Notes under the pieces: model-generated
What the model was told of the DNA's origin: nothing
The model's input: only the letters and a program-made list of their open reading frames with translations
Database searches by the model: none
DNA from: Bacilli bacterium
Lineage (GTDB): Bacteria > Bacillota_I > Bacilli_A > RFN20 > CAG-826
Reading direction: 5' to 3'
DNA length: 64,000 nt
NCBI GenBank assembly: GCA_024408235.1
Contig: JAKSVF010000001.1
Span: 29,417-93,416 of the forward strand
Program-made: the position numbers and the translations under genes
Shown: piece by piece, positions 52,483 through 61,684 of the stretch
Layout: each line of letters opens with the position of its first letter
How positions within the stretch are numbered: the stretch's first letter is position 1

Positions 52483-53484
52483 ATGGAGAATTTAAAAGAA
52501 CGTGTAACGATTTACCAGGTTGCTCAAGCTGCAGGAGTATCTTTAGCAACAGTATCTCGCGTTATTAACAAGCAGGGCAACGTAACTGAAGCTACGAGAA
52601 CGAAGGTTGAGGAGACAATCAAGCGTTTAGGATATAAGCCTTCAGGCTTAGCTCAGGCTCTTGCTACAAACAGAACAACAAACATCGGTATCGTCATTCC
52701 TAGCGCTAACTATGTTTATATCTCAAGCATGTTGAGCGGTGTCTCTGAGGTCGCTAAGGAAAAAGGGTTTGTTCTTACATTATTTACAACAGGTCATTCA
52801 AGAGAAGATGCAATTGCGATGATTGAAAAGGTCATCGTCTCACACGTAGACGGAGCAATTATCTTTGATGATGAACTTGATGAGGCAGATATCGAGAAGA
52901 TTAACTCCTATTCCGTCCCAACAATCGTTATCAATAAGAAAGTTGTTGGCGAAAGAACAGGATGCGTTAACTTCTCATATACGAACGCGCTCGCGAAGCT
53001 TGTTCAGTCATACTACGAAAACGGTGGCGACACTGAGATGACTTTCATCCATCTTCATAACTGTGGTAGATTGTTGAGCCACTGCGAAAGAAGATTCATT
53101 GCAGCTCACCAGGAAATCGGAAAGCCATATCACATCATGAATGTCGATGACTCTTACACAAGAACGTACCGTGATTTCACCAATTATTTCCAGAATCATA
53201 AAAAAGGCTATTACATCGCTTACCGCGACTCAATTGCAGCAGCCGTTGCAAATGCAGCAACCGATAGTGGACTAAGAATTCCAGAAGACATTCAGGTCGT
53301 TTCACTTGTCGGAACAAAATATGCGCATATCTTGAGACCTACATTAACATCAATCGATTTGGATTGGCAGGAAGTTGGCAAGAGATCGATGTACATGTTA
53401 ATTGATTTGATCAACAGAAACCTTGAAGAAAAGTCTTACAAGTTTGATGCAAATCTCGTCATCAGAAACTCAACAAAACACTAA
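52483..53484 (+). CDS. LacI-family transcriptional regulator
   Basis: The N-terminal HTH VTIYQVAQAAGVSLATVSRVIN is canonical LacI/GalR. It is followed by a periplasmic-binding-protein-like effector domain. Confidence 0.88.
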   Translation: MENLKERVTIYQVAQAAGVSLATVSRVINKQGNVTEATRTKVEETIKRLGYKPSGLAQALATNRTTNIGIVIPSANYVYISSMLSGVSEVAKEKGFVLTLFTTGHSREDAIAMIEKVIVSHVDGAIIFDDELDEADIEKINSYSVPTIVINKKVVGERTGCVNFSYTNALAKLVQSYYENGGDTEMTFIHLHNCGRLLSHCERRFIAAHQEIGKPYHIMNVDDSYTRTYRDFTNYFQNHKKGYYIAYRDSIAAAVANAATDSGLRIPEDIQVVSLVGTKYAHILRPTLTSIDLDWQEVGKRSMYMLIDLINRNLEEKSYKFDANLVIRNSTKH

Positions 53485-53492
53485 CACGAATT

Positions 53493-53520
53493 GACGCGCC
53501 TAACCGACGCGTTTTTCTTT
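53493..53520 (+). terminator. Probable rho-independent terminator after the LacI gene
   Basis: Short stem acgcg/cgcgt with a 9-nt loop, followed by tttttctttt. Confidence 0.5.
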
Positions 53521-53533
53521 TATTTATAAACCT

Positions 53534-53562
53534 TTGATATTTATATCGCGTAAGTCTAGAAT
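53534..53562 (+). promoter_or_regulatory. Sigma-A-type promoter for the transporter/GH31 operon
   Basis: TTGATA, a 17-nt spacer, then TAGAAT. The AGGAGG RBS and the ATG at 53613 lie downstream. Confidence 0.5.
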
Positions 53563-53612
53563 AATAATTAATTAAGCAACTTAACCAATAAATCTAATTA
53601 GGAGGATTTTTT

Positions 53613-55133
53613 ATGGCTGAGCAAACAAAAACAGCGAAGACATCCGGAATCGGGATGAAAGACAAGCTTGGATACGCTTTCGGAGATGTTGGCTCCTTGA
53701 TGGTATTCGGACTTGTTAACACCTTCCTTCAAGTCTTCTACACCGAAACACTCGGTATAACACCAATCTTGGTCATGATTATCATGATCATCGCTCGTGT
53801 ATGGGACGCGATCAACGACCCTCTATGGGGAAGAATCGTCGACAAGGCGCCATGCAAGAGACCTGGAACAAGATATAAGAGATGGCTTGTTTATTTAGCC
53901 CTCCCTCTTGCTTTATCTTCCATCATCATGTTCTTGAATGTGAGAGGCATCTTTGGAGATAACCCTGCACTCACAGTAACATACGCAACCATTTCTTACA
54001 TTCTCTTCGGCATGCTATATACCGGAACAAATATTCCTTATGGCTCAATGGCTTCAGTCATTACAACAGATGATAAGGAAAGAAACGCATTATCAGTCTT
54101 CCGTTCGGTCGGTTCAACTCTCGGCGGATTTGGCCCTATGGCTTTAAGCTTTGTCTCATATGATAAGGTCCAGAAAGTCGTCGAAGGAGTGGCACAGTTC
54201 GATACTGATGGAAATCCAGTCATGGTATCTCAGTTAAATCCAACAAAACTCATCATTGGCGTTGCAATCTTAGCAGTGCTCTGCGTCGTATTCTCAATTC
54301 TCTGCGCAAAGTTCTCAACGGAGCGTGTTGTTACAGAACCATCTAGAGGAGAAACCAAGAAGAAAGGTGAAACCGCTAGAGTTCTCAAGAATCTTCTCAA
54401 GACCCGCTCATTTGTTGTCATCTCAATTGTCGGCATGCTTTTCTTAGCCGCTCAGATGTTCCAGACAACATACAACTCATACGTATTCATGAAATTCTTC
54501 GGCAGTGGTGGTCTTGCTGCTGTTACTCAGGTATGCCAGTACCTTCCAGTAGCAGTCGTCATGTTCCTTGCCGGGAAACTCGTCAAGAAATTTGGCCGTA
54601 AAGAAATCTGCGCTATCGGACTCTTATTTGTCGCTATCTCATTTGGTGTCTTAGCGATCATCCCAACTACAGTCGTTTCAAGAACAATCTTGATGTATCT
54701 CTTCTTCGTGTTCTCACTCTTAGGAGGTATTGGTAACTCCTTTATCTTCTTAATGATATGGGCTCTTGCTAATGACGCGATTGATGATTATTTCATCAAG
54801 TACAGAAGCCATGATGAAGGTACAGCATATTCAATCTTCTCTTTCATGAGAAAACTTGGCCAGACAATCGCAGCTATCATTGTCAACATCTCTCTTATCG
54901 CAATCGGATACGGAGCTGATGGAACAACCAACTTTGCTCCATCTGAAGCTCAGGCTACATCGATGTACTATCAGTCAATCATCATCCCTGCGGTTTTATC
55001 CCTTGCAATGTTCCTCTTACTCATGTTCCTATACCCTCTTGGAAAACAGGCTGTCTTAGACATGCAGGAGAAGAAGAACGCTATTTATGCGGAAGAAGCT
55101 TCAAATGTCGAAAATGAAGCCGTTAGCGAATAA
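53613..55133 (+). CDS. GPH-family (glycoside-pentoside-hexuronide:cation symporter, MelB-like) transporter
   Basis: 12-TM MFS-like protein with the GPH signature RVWDAINDPLWGRIVDK in loop 2-3. Confidence 0.85.
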   Translation: MAEQTKTAKTSGIGMKDKLGYAFGDVGSLMVFGLVNTFLQVFYTETLGITPILVMIIMIIARVWDAINDPLWGRIVDKAPCKRPGTRYKRWLVYLALPLALSSIIMFLNVRGIFGDNPALTVTYATISYILFGMLYTGTNIPYGSMASVITTDDKERNALSVFRSVGSTLGGFGPMALSFVSYDKVQKVVEGVAQFDTDGNPVMVSQLNPTKLIIGVAILAVLCVVFSILCAKFSTERVVTEPSRGETKKKGETARVLKNLLKTRSFVVISIVGMLFLAAQMFQTTYNSYVFMKFFGSGGLAAVTQVCQYLPVAVVMFLAGKLVKKFGRKEICAIGLLFVAISFGVLAIIPTTVVSRTILMYLFFVFSLLGGIGNSFIFLMIWALANDAIDDYFIKYRSHDEGTAYSIFSFMRKLGQTIAAIIVNISLIAIGYGADGTTNFAPSEAQATSMYYQSIIIPAVLSLAMFLLLMFLYPLGKQAVLDMQEKKNAIYAEEASNVENEAVSE

Positions 55134-55135
55134 AA

Positions 55136-57097
55136 ATGAATAAGCAGCAGCTTGACTCACTTTTCATTTCCTCAATCGAAGATGGGGGAATGCGCATTTC
55201 TCTAGCCCAGGGTAAAGCTAAATACAAAATGAGTCGTGGTTCATTCACGACAAAAGACCATATATTTGATAAGCACAACCTCAAGTTCGTTAATAAAGAG
55301 GGGGACAACTTCCTCTTTAGCGACGGCAAGGTTAACTGTGTCATGTCCTTAGAAAAAGGAGAGAACATTAAACTCCGTTTTAAGGCTGACCCAAAATACA
55401 ATCGCTTCATTTTGAAGATCCCTGCATTTGAGAATGAACACATATATGGATGCGGTGAGCAGTATACACACCTTGATCTCAAGGGGAATAAAGTTAAAAT
55501 CTGGGTTTCAGAACACCAACAAGTAATGAAGATCGCCAAGAAGTTCTTAAGAGAGAAACTCTTTGGTGTAAATCCTGATTACAAAGCCCCATACAAGGCT
55601 CACCAAACCTATTATTCTTCACCAGGCTTTATGTCCAGTGAAAACTATTTTGTCTACTGCCATGAAGACGCTTATGGACAAATCGATTTTGAAAAGAACG
55701 AGACTCTAATTAAATTCCGTCAAGTTCCTCAATCGATATCCATACTTACAGGGGATAATCCAATCGATCTTGTTAAGAAAATTACAAAGCTCGTTAATAT
55801 CCAGCCTAAGCTTCCTGACTTTGTGGGTGAAGGCGCAATAATTGCCACCCAAGGCGGAAGCGATGTTATGCTTGAGAAATACGAGGCCTTAAAAGCTAAA
55901 GGCGGAAAAGTATCTGCAATCTGGTGTCAGGACTGGTCTGGACAGATAGTTACAGAATTTGGCTCTCAGGTCTATTGGAACTGGGAAGTTGATAACAATC
56001 TCTATCATGATTTGAAGGAGATCATTGTCCGCTTAAATAATGAGGGAGTTAAATTCCTTGGGTACATCAATACATTCCTAAAAGAAGACACCCCTTTATA
56101 TAAATATGCGGTAGAGCACGATTATATCGTCAAGAAAAAAGACGGTACACCTTACCTCATTCAGTCTACAACATTTAACGCTGGAATAGTTGATCTCACT
56201 TTCCCTGAAGCATATGAATGGTATAAGGGAATCATCAAAACAAACATGATAGGACTTGGCTTATCTGGATGGATGGCTGACTTTGGTGAGTATCTTCCAA
56301 CAGACTCAGTTGTCCATGGGGGCGATCCTGAAAAGCTTCATAACAAATGGCCAACGCTTTGGGCTAAATGCAACTATGACGCCATTAAAGAGTGCGACAT
56401 GGAGGGCAAGATATTTATCTTCTCTCGCGCTGCATATGGTCATACAGTTCAGTATACGAACTCAATGTGGAATGGTGATCAGCACGTTGATTACTCCGAT
56501 GAATATGGGCTTGGTTCAGTCATCCCTGCGACATTATCAATGGCATGCAGCGGAGTTGGCGTGAACCACAGTGATATCGGCGGATACACGACGGTACTTC
56601 ACATGAAGAGAGACGCAGAATTATTTAGAAGATGGTCTGAGATGAATATCTTTACGCCAGTCTTCCGTTGTCACGAAGGAAATAGGCCAAAGGTCAACGT
56701 TCAGTTCGACAGCGAAGAAGTGGTTGATGAATTTATAAAGAACAGCGATATATTTGCCGCCTTAAAACCATATAGAGATGACGTTCTTAAGGAATATTAT
56801 GAGGATGGCATCCCTTGCAATAGACCTCTCTTCTTCCATTTTGATGAAGATGAGTGTTATACGAATCAAAGAGAATTCATGTTTGGAAGCGAACTGGTCG
56901 TCGCTCCTGTCATGCGTAAAAACGTCACCAAGTTGAAAGTCTATTTGCCTAAAGGCGAGTGGATTGGTCTATTTGATGGCAAGACCTACGAAAGTGGTCA
57001 CATTGAAGTCGAGGCTCCTTTAGGAACGATTCCTGCCTTCTATTTAAAGGGAAGTGTTCACGAGAATCTCTTTAGAGATCTTATAAAGGAAAAATAA
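55136..57097 (+). CDS. GH31 glycoside hydrolase of the YihQ (sulfoquinovosidase)-like clade
   Basis: Nucleophile motif SGWMADFGEY (DFGE-type) and acid/base motif MWNGDQH. The region WCQDWSGQ...SQVYWNW resembles the YihQ substrate pocket, but a Gln sits where the sulfonate-binding Arg would be expected. Confidence 0.7.
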   Translation: MNKQQLDSLFISSIEDGGMRISLAQGKAKYKMSRGSFTTKDHIFDKHNLKFVNKEGDNFLFSDGKVNCVMSLEKGENIKLRFKADPKYNRFILKIPAFENEHIYGCGEQYTHLDLKGNKVKIWVSEHQQVMKIAKKFLREKLFGVNPDYKAPYKAHQTYYSSPGFMSSENYFVYCHEDAYGQIDFEKNETLIKFRQVPQSISILTGDNPIDLVKKITKLVNIQPKLPDFVGEGAIIATQGGSDVMLEKYEALKAKGGKVSAIWCQDWSGQIVTEFGSQVYWNWEVDNNLYHDLKEIIVRLNNEGVKFLGYINTFLKEDTPLYKYAVEHDYIVKKKDGTPYLIQSTTFNAGIVDLTFPEAYEWYKGIIKTNMIGLGLSGWMADFGEYLPTDSVVHGGDPEKLHNKWPTLWAKCNYDAIKECDMEGKIFIFSRAAYGHTVQYTNSMWNGDQHVDYSDEYGLGSVIPATLSMACSGVGVNHSDIGGYTTVLHMKRDAELFRRWSEMNIFTPVFRCHEGNRPKVNVQFDSEEVVDEFIKNSDIFAALKPYRDDVLKEYYEDGIPCNRPLFFHFDEDECYTNQREFMFGSELVVAPVMRKNVTKLKVYLPKGEWIGLFDGKTYESGHIEVEAPLGTIPAFYLKGSVHENLFRDLIKEK

Positions 57098-57098
57098 A

Positions 57099-57779
57099 AT
57101 GAAATACTATTTAGATTCAGCAAAGATCGATGAGATCGATTATGCATACAAATATTTGAAGATTGATGGAGTTACCACCAACCCTAAACACATCCAGAAC
57201 AGCGGAAAGCCATTTTTAACCGCGATTAAAGACATTGCGAATTGGCTTGAAGAGAACCATCTCCAAGGCAAGGATGTCTTCCCTGTCTCGGTCGAGATTA
57301 ATCCTCATTTGGACAACCATCTTGAGATGATTGAAGAAGCAAAAAAGATAGCGGCTATATCGGAGAACTTTGTCATAAAGATTCCATGCAACGTTGAAGG
57401 TTGTAAAGCTGCAAAGCTTTTGGAAGACCAAGGCATCAGAACAAACGTAACATTGGTCTTCTCTCCATCTCAAGCTATTCAGGCTGGAAGAATCGGTGCT
57501 ATGTTCGTTTCTCCATTCATCGGATGGAAAGAGTCTTCTGGTGACGATGGACTTAACTACTTACATCAGATTTCAAACATCTATAAGGAGAAGAACTATA
57601 AGACAGAAATCATCTGTGCTGCAGTTCGTTCCGGCAAGCAGATTGCTGAATGTACGGAGATGGGCGCTGATATCATCACAGCAGGACTCTCTGTTTATGA
57701 AGATTCGATCACAGATCCATGGACCGATTTAGGCCTTAAGAGATTCTGTGACGCTTGGGATAACACCGAAGGTAACTAA
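57099..57779 (+). CDS. Short (TalC/FSA-subfamily) transaldolase; candidate 6-deoxy-6-sulfofructose transaldolase
   Basis: GVTTNP motif and Schiff-base Lys in VIKIP. MFVSPFIGW has Phe (transaldolase-type) where FSA aldolases carry the catalytic Tyr. The Arg of the usual SPFVGR is replaced by Trp. Confidence 0.7.
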   Translation: MKYYLDSAKIDEIDYAYKYLKIDGVTTNPKHIQNSGKPFLTAIKDIANWLEENHLQGKDVFPVSVEINPHLDNHLEMIEEAKKIAAISENFVIKIPCNVEGCKAAKLLEDQGIRTNVTLVFSPSQAIQAGRIGAMFVSPFIGWKESSGDDGLNYLHQISNIYKEKNYKTEIICAAVRSGKQIAECTEMGADIITAGLSVYEDSITDPWTDLGLKRFCDAWDNTEGN

Positions 57780-57780
57780 G

Positions 57781-58617
57781 ATGAAAGTTGGTTTTATTGG
57801 ACTTGGCATAATGGGAATGCCAATGGCCACTAATGTTTCTAGAAAATACGATTTAATTGGATATGATGTCATAGCAAAGGAAGCGCCTTTTGCTATTGCT
57901 AGTTCCATAAAGGAAGTTGTAGAGAATTGCGATGTAATCATCTCAATGGTCCCAAAAAATGAACATGTGCAGTCCGTGTATAGCGAGGCGATGCCATTTA
58001 TCAGAAAAGGACAGACTTTCATAGAAATGTCTACGATTTCGCCATCAGTATCTTCCAAGATTGCTCAAGAAGTTGAGAGCAAAGGAGCGGATATGCTCGA
58101 TTGCCCAGTCGTAAAGAGTCAACCAGCCGCAATTAGCGGTACACTTGGCATTTATGTTGGTGGAAAGAAGGATGTCTTTGAATCTGTAAAAGATGTGTTG
58201 TCCTGTATGGGATGCAACATCATATACATGGGCGGACACGGTGCCGGATTAACAATGAAGATTCTTCATAATGCGTTGGTCGGCCAGATTCAAAATGGTG
58301 TCAACGAGGTGATGTCTATCGCTTCAAAATTAGGAATCGATTTGAATGATTTTGTAAAAGCCATTTCCTATGGCGGGGGACAAAACTTCTACATGGATGG
58401 CAAGGCTAAGAACATCATCTCTCAGGACTACCCAACAGCGTTCTCTATCGCGAACATGCATAAGGATGCTCATTTAGCAAAAGACTTACTAAAAGAAAAC
58501 GATCTCTCATATCCGGGAATCGAAAACACCGCTCGAATCTATGACGAAGCGATGGAAATGGGTTTAGGACGTGAAGATTTCTCGGCAACGTACAAGGTTG
58601 TCAACGGAGGTAAATAA
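57781..58617 (+). CDS. NAD(P)-dependent beta-hydroxyacid dehydrogenase (3-hydroxyisobutyrate / tartronate-semialdehyde reductase family; YihU-like candidate sulfolactaldehyde reductase)
   Basis: Rossmann N-terminus MKVGFIGLGIMGMPMA and a catalytic Lys region typical of the HIBADH family. The ATG at 57781 follows the upstream stop directly. Confidence 0.75.
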   Translation: MKVGFIGLGIMGMPMATNVSRKYDLIGYDVIAKEAPFAIASSIKEVVENCDVIISMVPKNEHVQSVYSEAMPFIRKGQTFIEMSTISPSVSSKIAQEVESKGADMLDCPVVKSQPAAISGTLGIYVGGKKDVFESVKDVLSCMGCNIIYMGGHGAGLTMKILHNALVGQIQNGVNEVMSIASKLGIDLNDFVKAISYGGGQNFYMDGKAKNIISQDYPTAFSIANMHKDAHLAKDLLKENDLSYPGIENTARIYDEAMEMGLGREDFSATYKVVNGGK

Positions 58618-58619
58618 AT

Positions 58620-59936
58620 ATGAGAAAAGCTAGAATCGGAGTTTGCTGTTTAACAAGAAAAACATATGACTATCAAACGGCATACGCACTATATCAGGAA
58701 AGAACCGCTGAATTAGTAAAGGACACATCTGTTGACTATTGTGTTTATGGCGAAAACGTTATTGAACCGGAAGATGCTGAAAAGGTTATCCACTATTTTG
58801 AACAGCAGGAAATAGACGCTGTCGTCATCGTCTCGGCCACATTCCATCTTGGACATCTCGCTCTCATGATCAACGACGCCTTGAAGAAACCTATCCTCCT
58901 TTGGGGCTTTGATGAACTCCCATATAACGGTGGAAAGATCAGATTGAATGCAGTGTGCGGCGTTAACTTAAATGCTTCTAACCTTTATAAGGCAGGGGTT
59001 GATAATTACTGTGTCACAATCGGCGATACAATCGATGAGAACTGGGTAAAAGCAATCAAAGCTATGGTCGCTATCCACACAACAAAAATTGGAATTGTCG
59101 GTTATCGCGCACAGGGATTCTTCAATGTCGGAGTTGACGAACTTAACCTCTATAAGAACACAGGTTTGCTCGTCAATCATTATGAGATTAGTGACTTATT
59201 CAAAAAACAGGCTGACGATGAAACCGTTGCTCGTGAAATTGAATGCGTAAAGAGAGAGTGGAATGTAGAAGGCATTAATGATAAGCAAGTTGAATTAGTG
59301 GCTAGACTTGTCGCTTCAACTGAGCTTTTCTTAAAAGAAAAAGGAGTCGATGCTCTTGCAATTCGCTGCTGGCCTGAATTCGCTGCAACCTACGGAATCT
59401 CTCCTTGCGCAATGATGTCTATTCTTCAATCCAGAGGAATTCTTTTGGCATGCGAAGGAGATGTTGAAGCCCTTGTTTCGATGATTGCCGTTAAGGCTTT
59501 AGGCGAACCAACACCATTTATGGCGGATTTATCTCAAGTTAACTTTAAAGATAATTACGCTCTTCTCTGGCATTGTGGCGTTGCGCCATGCAATCTTTGG
59601 GACAAGAAGTGCGTAAGATCTCTTGATACATACTTTGCAGGCGGAAAAGGGGTTACCGCAGGATTCGTCCTCAAAGATGGCGACTTCTCAATTTTCCGTA
59701 TCGACACAGCTAGAGGCAAAACAAGAATATTCTATGAAGAAGGCACAGCTGTTCCGATGGAAAAACTCCTCACAGGTACTTTCGCAAAAGTCCATTTCAA
59801 ACACGATGTCAAAGATGTTCTTGATGTTGTAGTTAATACGGGCGTTGCTCATCACGTCGTTATGGGCTATGTCCAATACGAACCGGTCATTAAGATTCTT
59901 GCTAAGTTGACTGGTTGGGAAATCATCAAGTGCTAA
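58620..59936 (+). CDS. Sugar aldose-ketose isomerase of the L-fucose/L-arabinose isomerase superfamily; candidate sulfoquinovose isomerase
   Basis: 438 aa. Putative metal/catalytic residues sit in ACEGDVEA, LWHCG and AHHVV contexts, with a FucI/AraA-like domain order. This is a family-level call. Confidence 0.55.
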   Translation: MRKARIGVCCLTRKTYDYQTAYALYQERTAELVKDTSVDYCVYGENVIEPEDAEKVIHYFEQQEIDAVVIVSATFHLGHLALMINDALKKPILLWGFDELPYNGGKIRLNAVCGVNLNASNLYKAGVDNYCVTIGDTIDENWVKAIKAMVAIHTTKIGIVGYRAQGFFNVGVDELNLYKNTGLLVNHYEISDLFKKQADDETVAREIECVKREWNVEGINDKQVELVARLVASTELFLKEKGVDALAIRCWPEFAATYGISPCAMMSILQSRGILLACEGDVEALVSMIAVKALGEPTPFMADLSQVNFKDNYALLWHCGVAPCNLWDKKCVRSLDTYFAGGKGVTAGFVLKDGDFSIFRIDTARGKTRIFYEEGTAVPMEKLLTGTFAKVHFKHDVKDVLDVVVNTGVAHHVVMGYVQYEPVIKILAKLTGWEIIKC

Positions 59937-59954
59937 TTTCATAGGAGAGAGAAC

Positions 59955-60671
59955 GTGCCGGTGTGGTTGAGTAAGGCCCTATTTGTTGTAGTCGTCTTTT
60001 TAACAAACATTATCCAAGCGATAACTGGCTTTGCTGGCACTGTTCTTGCCATGCCTTTTTCCATTCAACTTGTTGGTAAGCCATATGCAAAACCGGTGTT
60101 GAATGCCATAGCATTGCTGGTCTGCATTATTGTTGTAGTACGCAACTTTAAGAAGATTGACTGGAAATGCTTATTAGAGATTATCGTTTTCATGGGTATC
60201 GGTATGGTTGCCGGTTTCTTCCTTGAAAAGTATCTCTACTCGAAATGGTTCCTAAAAATATATGGAATCATTATCGTGTTCATCGCTATTTATTACTTCT
60301 TTGTGGATAATCCAATTAAACTTCCTAAACCCATTGGATGGGTGATCATGTTCCTTGCGGGAATTATCCACATGATATTTGTCTCAGGCGGCCCGCTTCT
60401 AATCATTGCTGCCAAGAATAAAATCAAGGATAAAGAAACCTTCAGAGCGACTTTGTCAATGGTATGGGTGATACTCAACTCATCAATACTCGTCACTGAT
60501 GCGGTAGGCGGGAACTTCTCATTGGATCAACTTTGGATTCTCCTCATTATGATTCCAACAGTCGTTATTTCGATTCTTATCGGGAAGTTTGCCCTTAAGA
60601 AAATGTCTAACAACCTTTTCATGAAATTAACTTGTGTTCTCTTATTTATTTCTGGATTCCTAGTCATATGA
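59955..60671 (+). CDS. TauE/SafE (TSUP)-family anion exporter
   Basis: 7-8 TM helices, about 240 aa, and a Gly-rich VSGGPLLIIA motif typical of DUF81/TauE. Confidence 0.7.
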   Translation: MPVWLSKALFVVVVFLTNIIQAITGFAGTVLAMPFSIQLVGKPYAKPVLNAIALLVCIIVVVRNFKKIDWKCLLEIIVFMGIGMVAGFFLEKYLYSKWFLKIYGIIIVFIAIYYFFVDNPIKLPKPIGWVIMFLAGIIHMIFVSGGPLLIIAAKNKIKDKETFRATLSMVWVILNSSILVTDAVGGNFSLDQLWILLIMIPTVVISILIGKFALKKMSNNLFMKLTCVLLFISGFLVI

Positions 60672-60676
60672 TCATA

Positions 60677-61654
60677 ATGAATAACCTCCAAAAATCTATA
60701 ATCAGAATCCTTCAGCAAAAGAAGGAATGCTCAAGAAAAGAGCTCTCTTCTTTGCTGTCGGTTACGCCAGCTGCAATCACCCTTGCAACAGGACCTCTTT
60801 TAGATGGCGGATTCATCGAACAATTGCATGAAGTATCTAGAGAAAAAGCAGGCCGAAAAGAGGTTATGTTATCGGTCAATGCAGATTCATTTTTCGCCAT
60901 TGGAATCGACGTAAATGATGATGGCATTTCACTTGTTAAACTTAATGGTCGTCTTGAAGTTACTCAATTAATTGAGTTATCTACTATTAAAGAACTAATC
61001 GTTGCTTTAGATAGGTTCGATTTATCTCTATGCATCGGCATCTCTATTTCACTTAAATCGTTCTATAGCGTTGAGCATATAAATAACGATGTTCAGACTC
61101 TCCTTAACCATTTAAAAACCATCAACGAAAATGTTACGCTGATCAACAATATTGCTGCCCTTGCTTACGCTTACAAAATGCGTAATCCTCAGGATGAGAG
61201 TTTCGTCGTTATTAAATATGGACCAGGCGTTGGCTCTGCATGTTTTATCAAGAACCATTTGCTCCAGTCTCCTTCAAACCCAACATATGAACTCGGAAAG
61301 GTTTTCCTTAATGATCGCCTGGTTACTATTGAAGAGGCTATCGGATATAAGTCGATCAGCGATTCTAAGCCTGAGGCTCTTGCTCTTTTGAGAACGGATG
61401 AAAACGTTAGAGCGCGAGTGCTGAAAGTTCTCGGCTTTACCATCCATAACGTGAACACTCTTTTGCAATTGGATAAGGTCCTTGTTTCTGGAGACATCTT
61501 CAAAGACGATAGAATCTTCAATGAGCTGTTGGAGAAAATACCAATGACTGATGAGGAGAAGGCAAAAGTAACAAGAATGAGTGACTATGCTGAATTGAAT
61601 AAAGCCAAATCCGCACTGACCGCTCAGTACTTATTCTTTAACGGTGATAAGTAA
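60677..61654 (+). CDS. ROK-like transcriptional regulator (N-terminal winged HTH plus ASKHA sugar-kinase fold; no Cys/His zinc motif evident)
   Basis: wHTH RILQQKKECSRKELSSLLSVTPAAITLATGPL, followed by the AIGIDVND start of an actin-like fold. Confidence 0.5.
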   Translation: MNNLQKSIIRILQQKKECSRKELSSLLSVTPAAITLATGPLLDGGFIEQLHEVSREKAGRKEVMLSVNADSFFAIGIDVNDDGISLVKLNGRLEVTQLIELSTIKELIVALDRFDLSLCIGISISLKSFYSVEHINNDVQTLLNHLKTINENVTLINNIAALAYAYKMRNPQDESFVVIKYGPGVGSACFIKNHLLQSPSNPTYELGKVFLNDRLVTIEEAIGYKSISDSKPEALALLRTDENVRARVLKVLGFTIHNVNTLLQLDKVLVSGDIFKDDRIFNELLEKIPMTDEEKAKVTRMSDYAELNKAKSALTAQYLFFNGDK

Positions 61655-61684
61655 TCATAAATGATTGAGGTATAATATAGAAAA

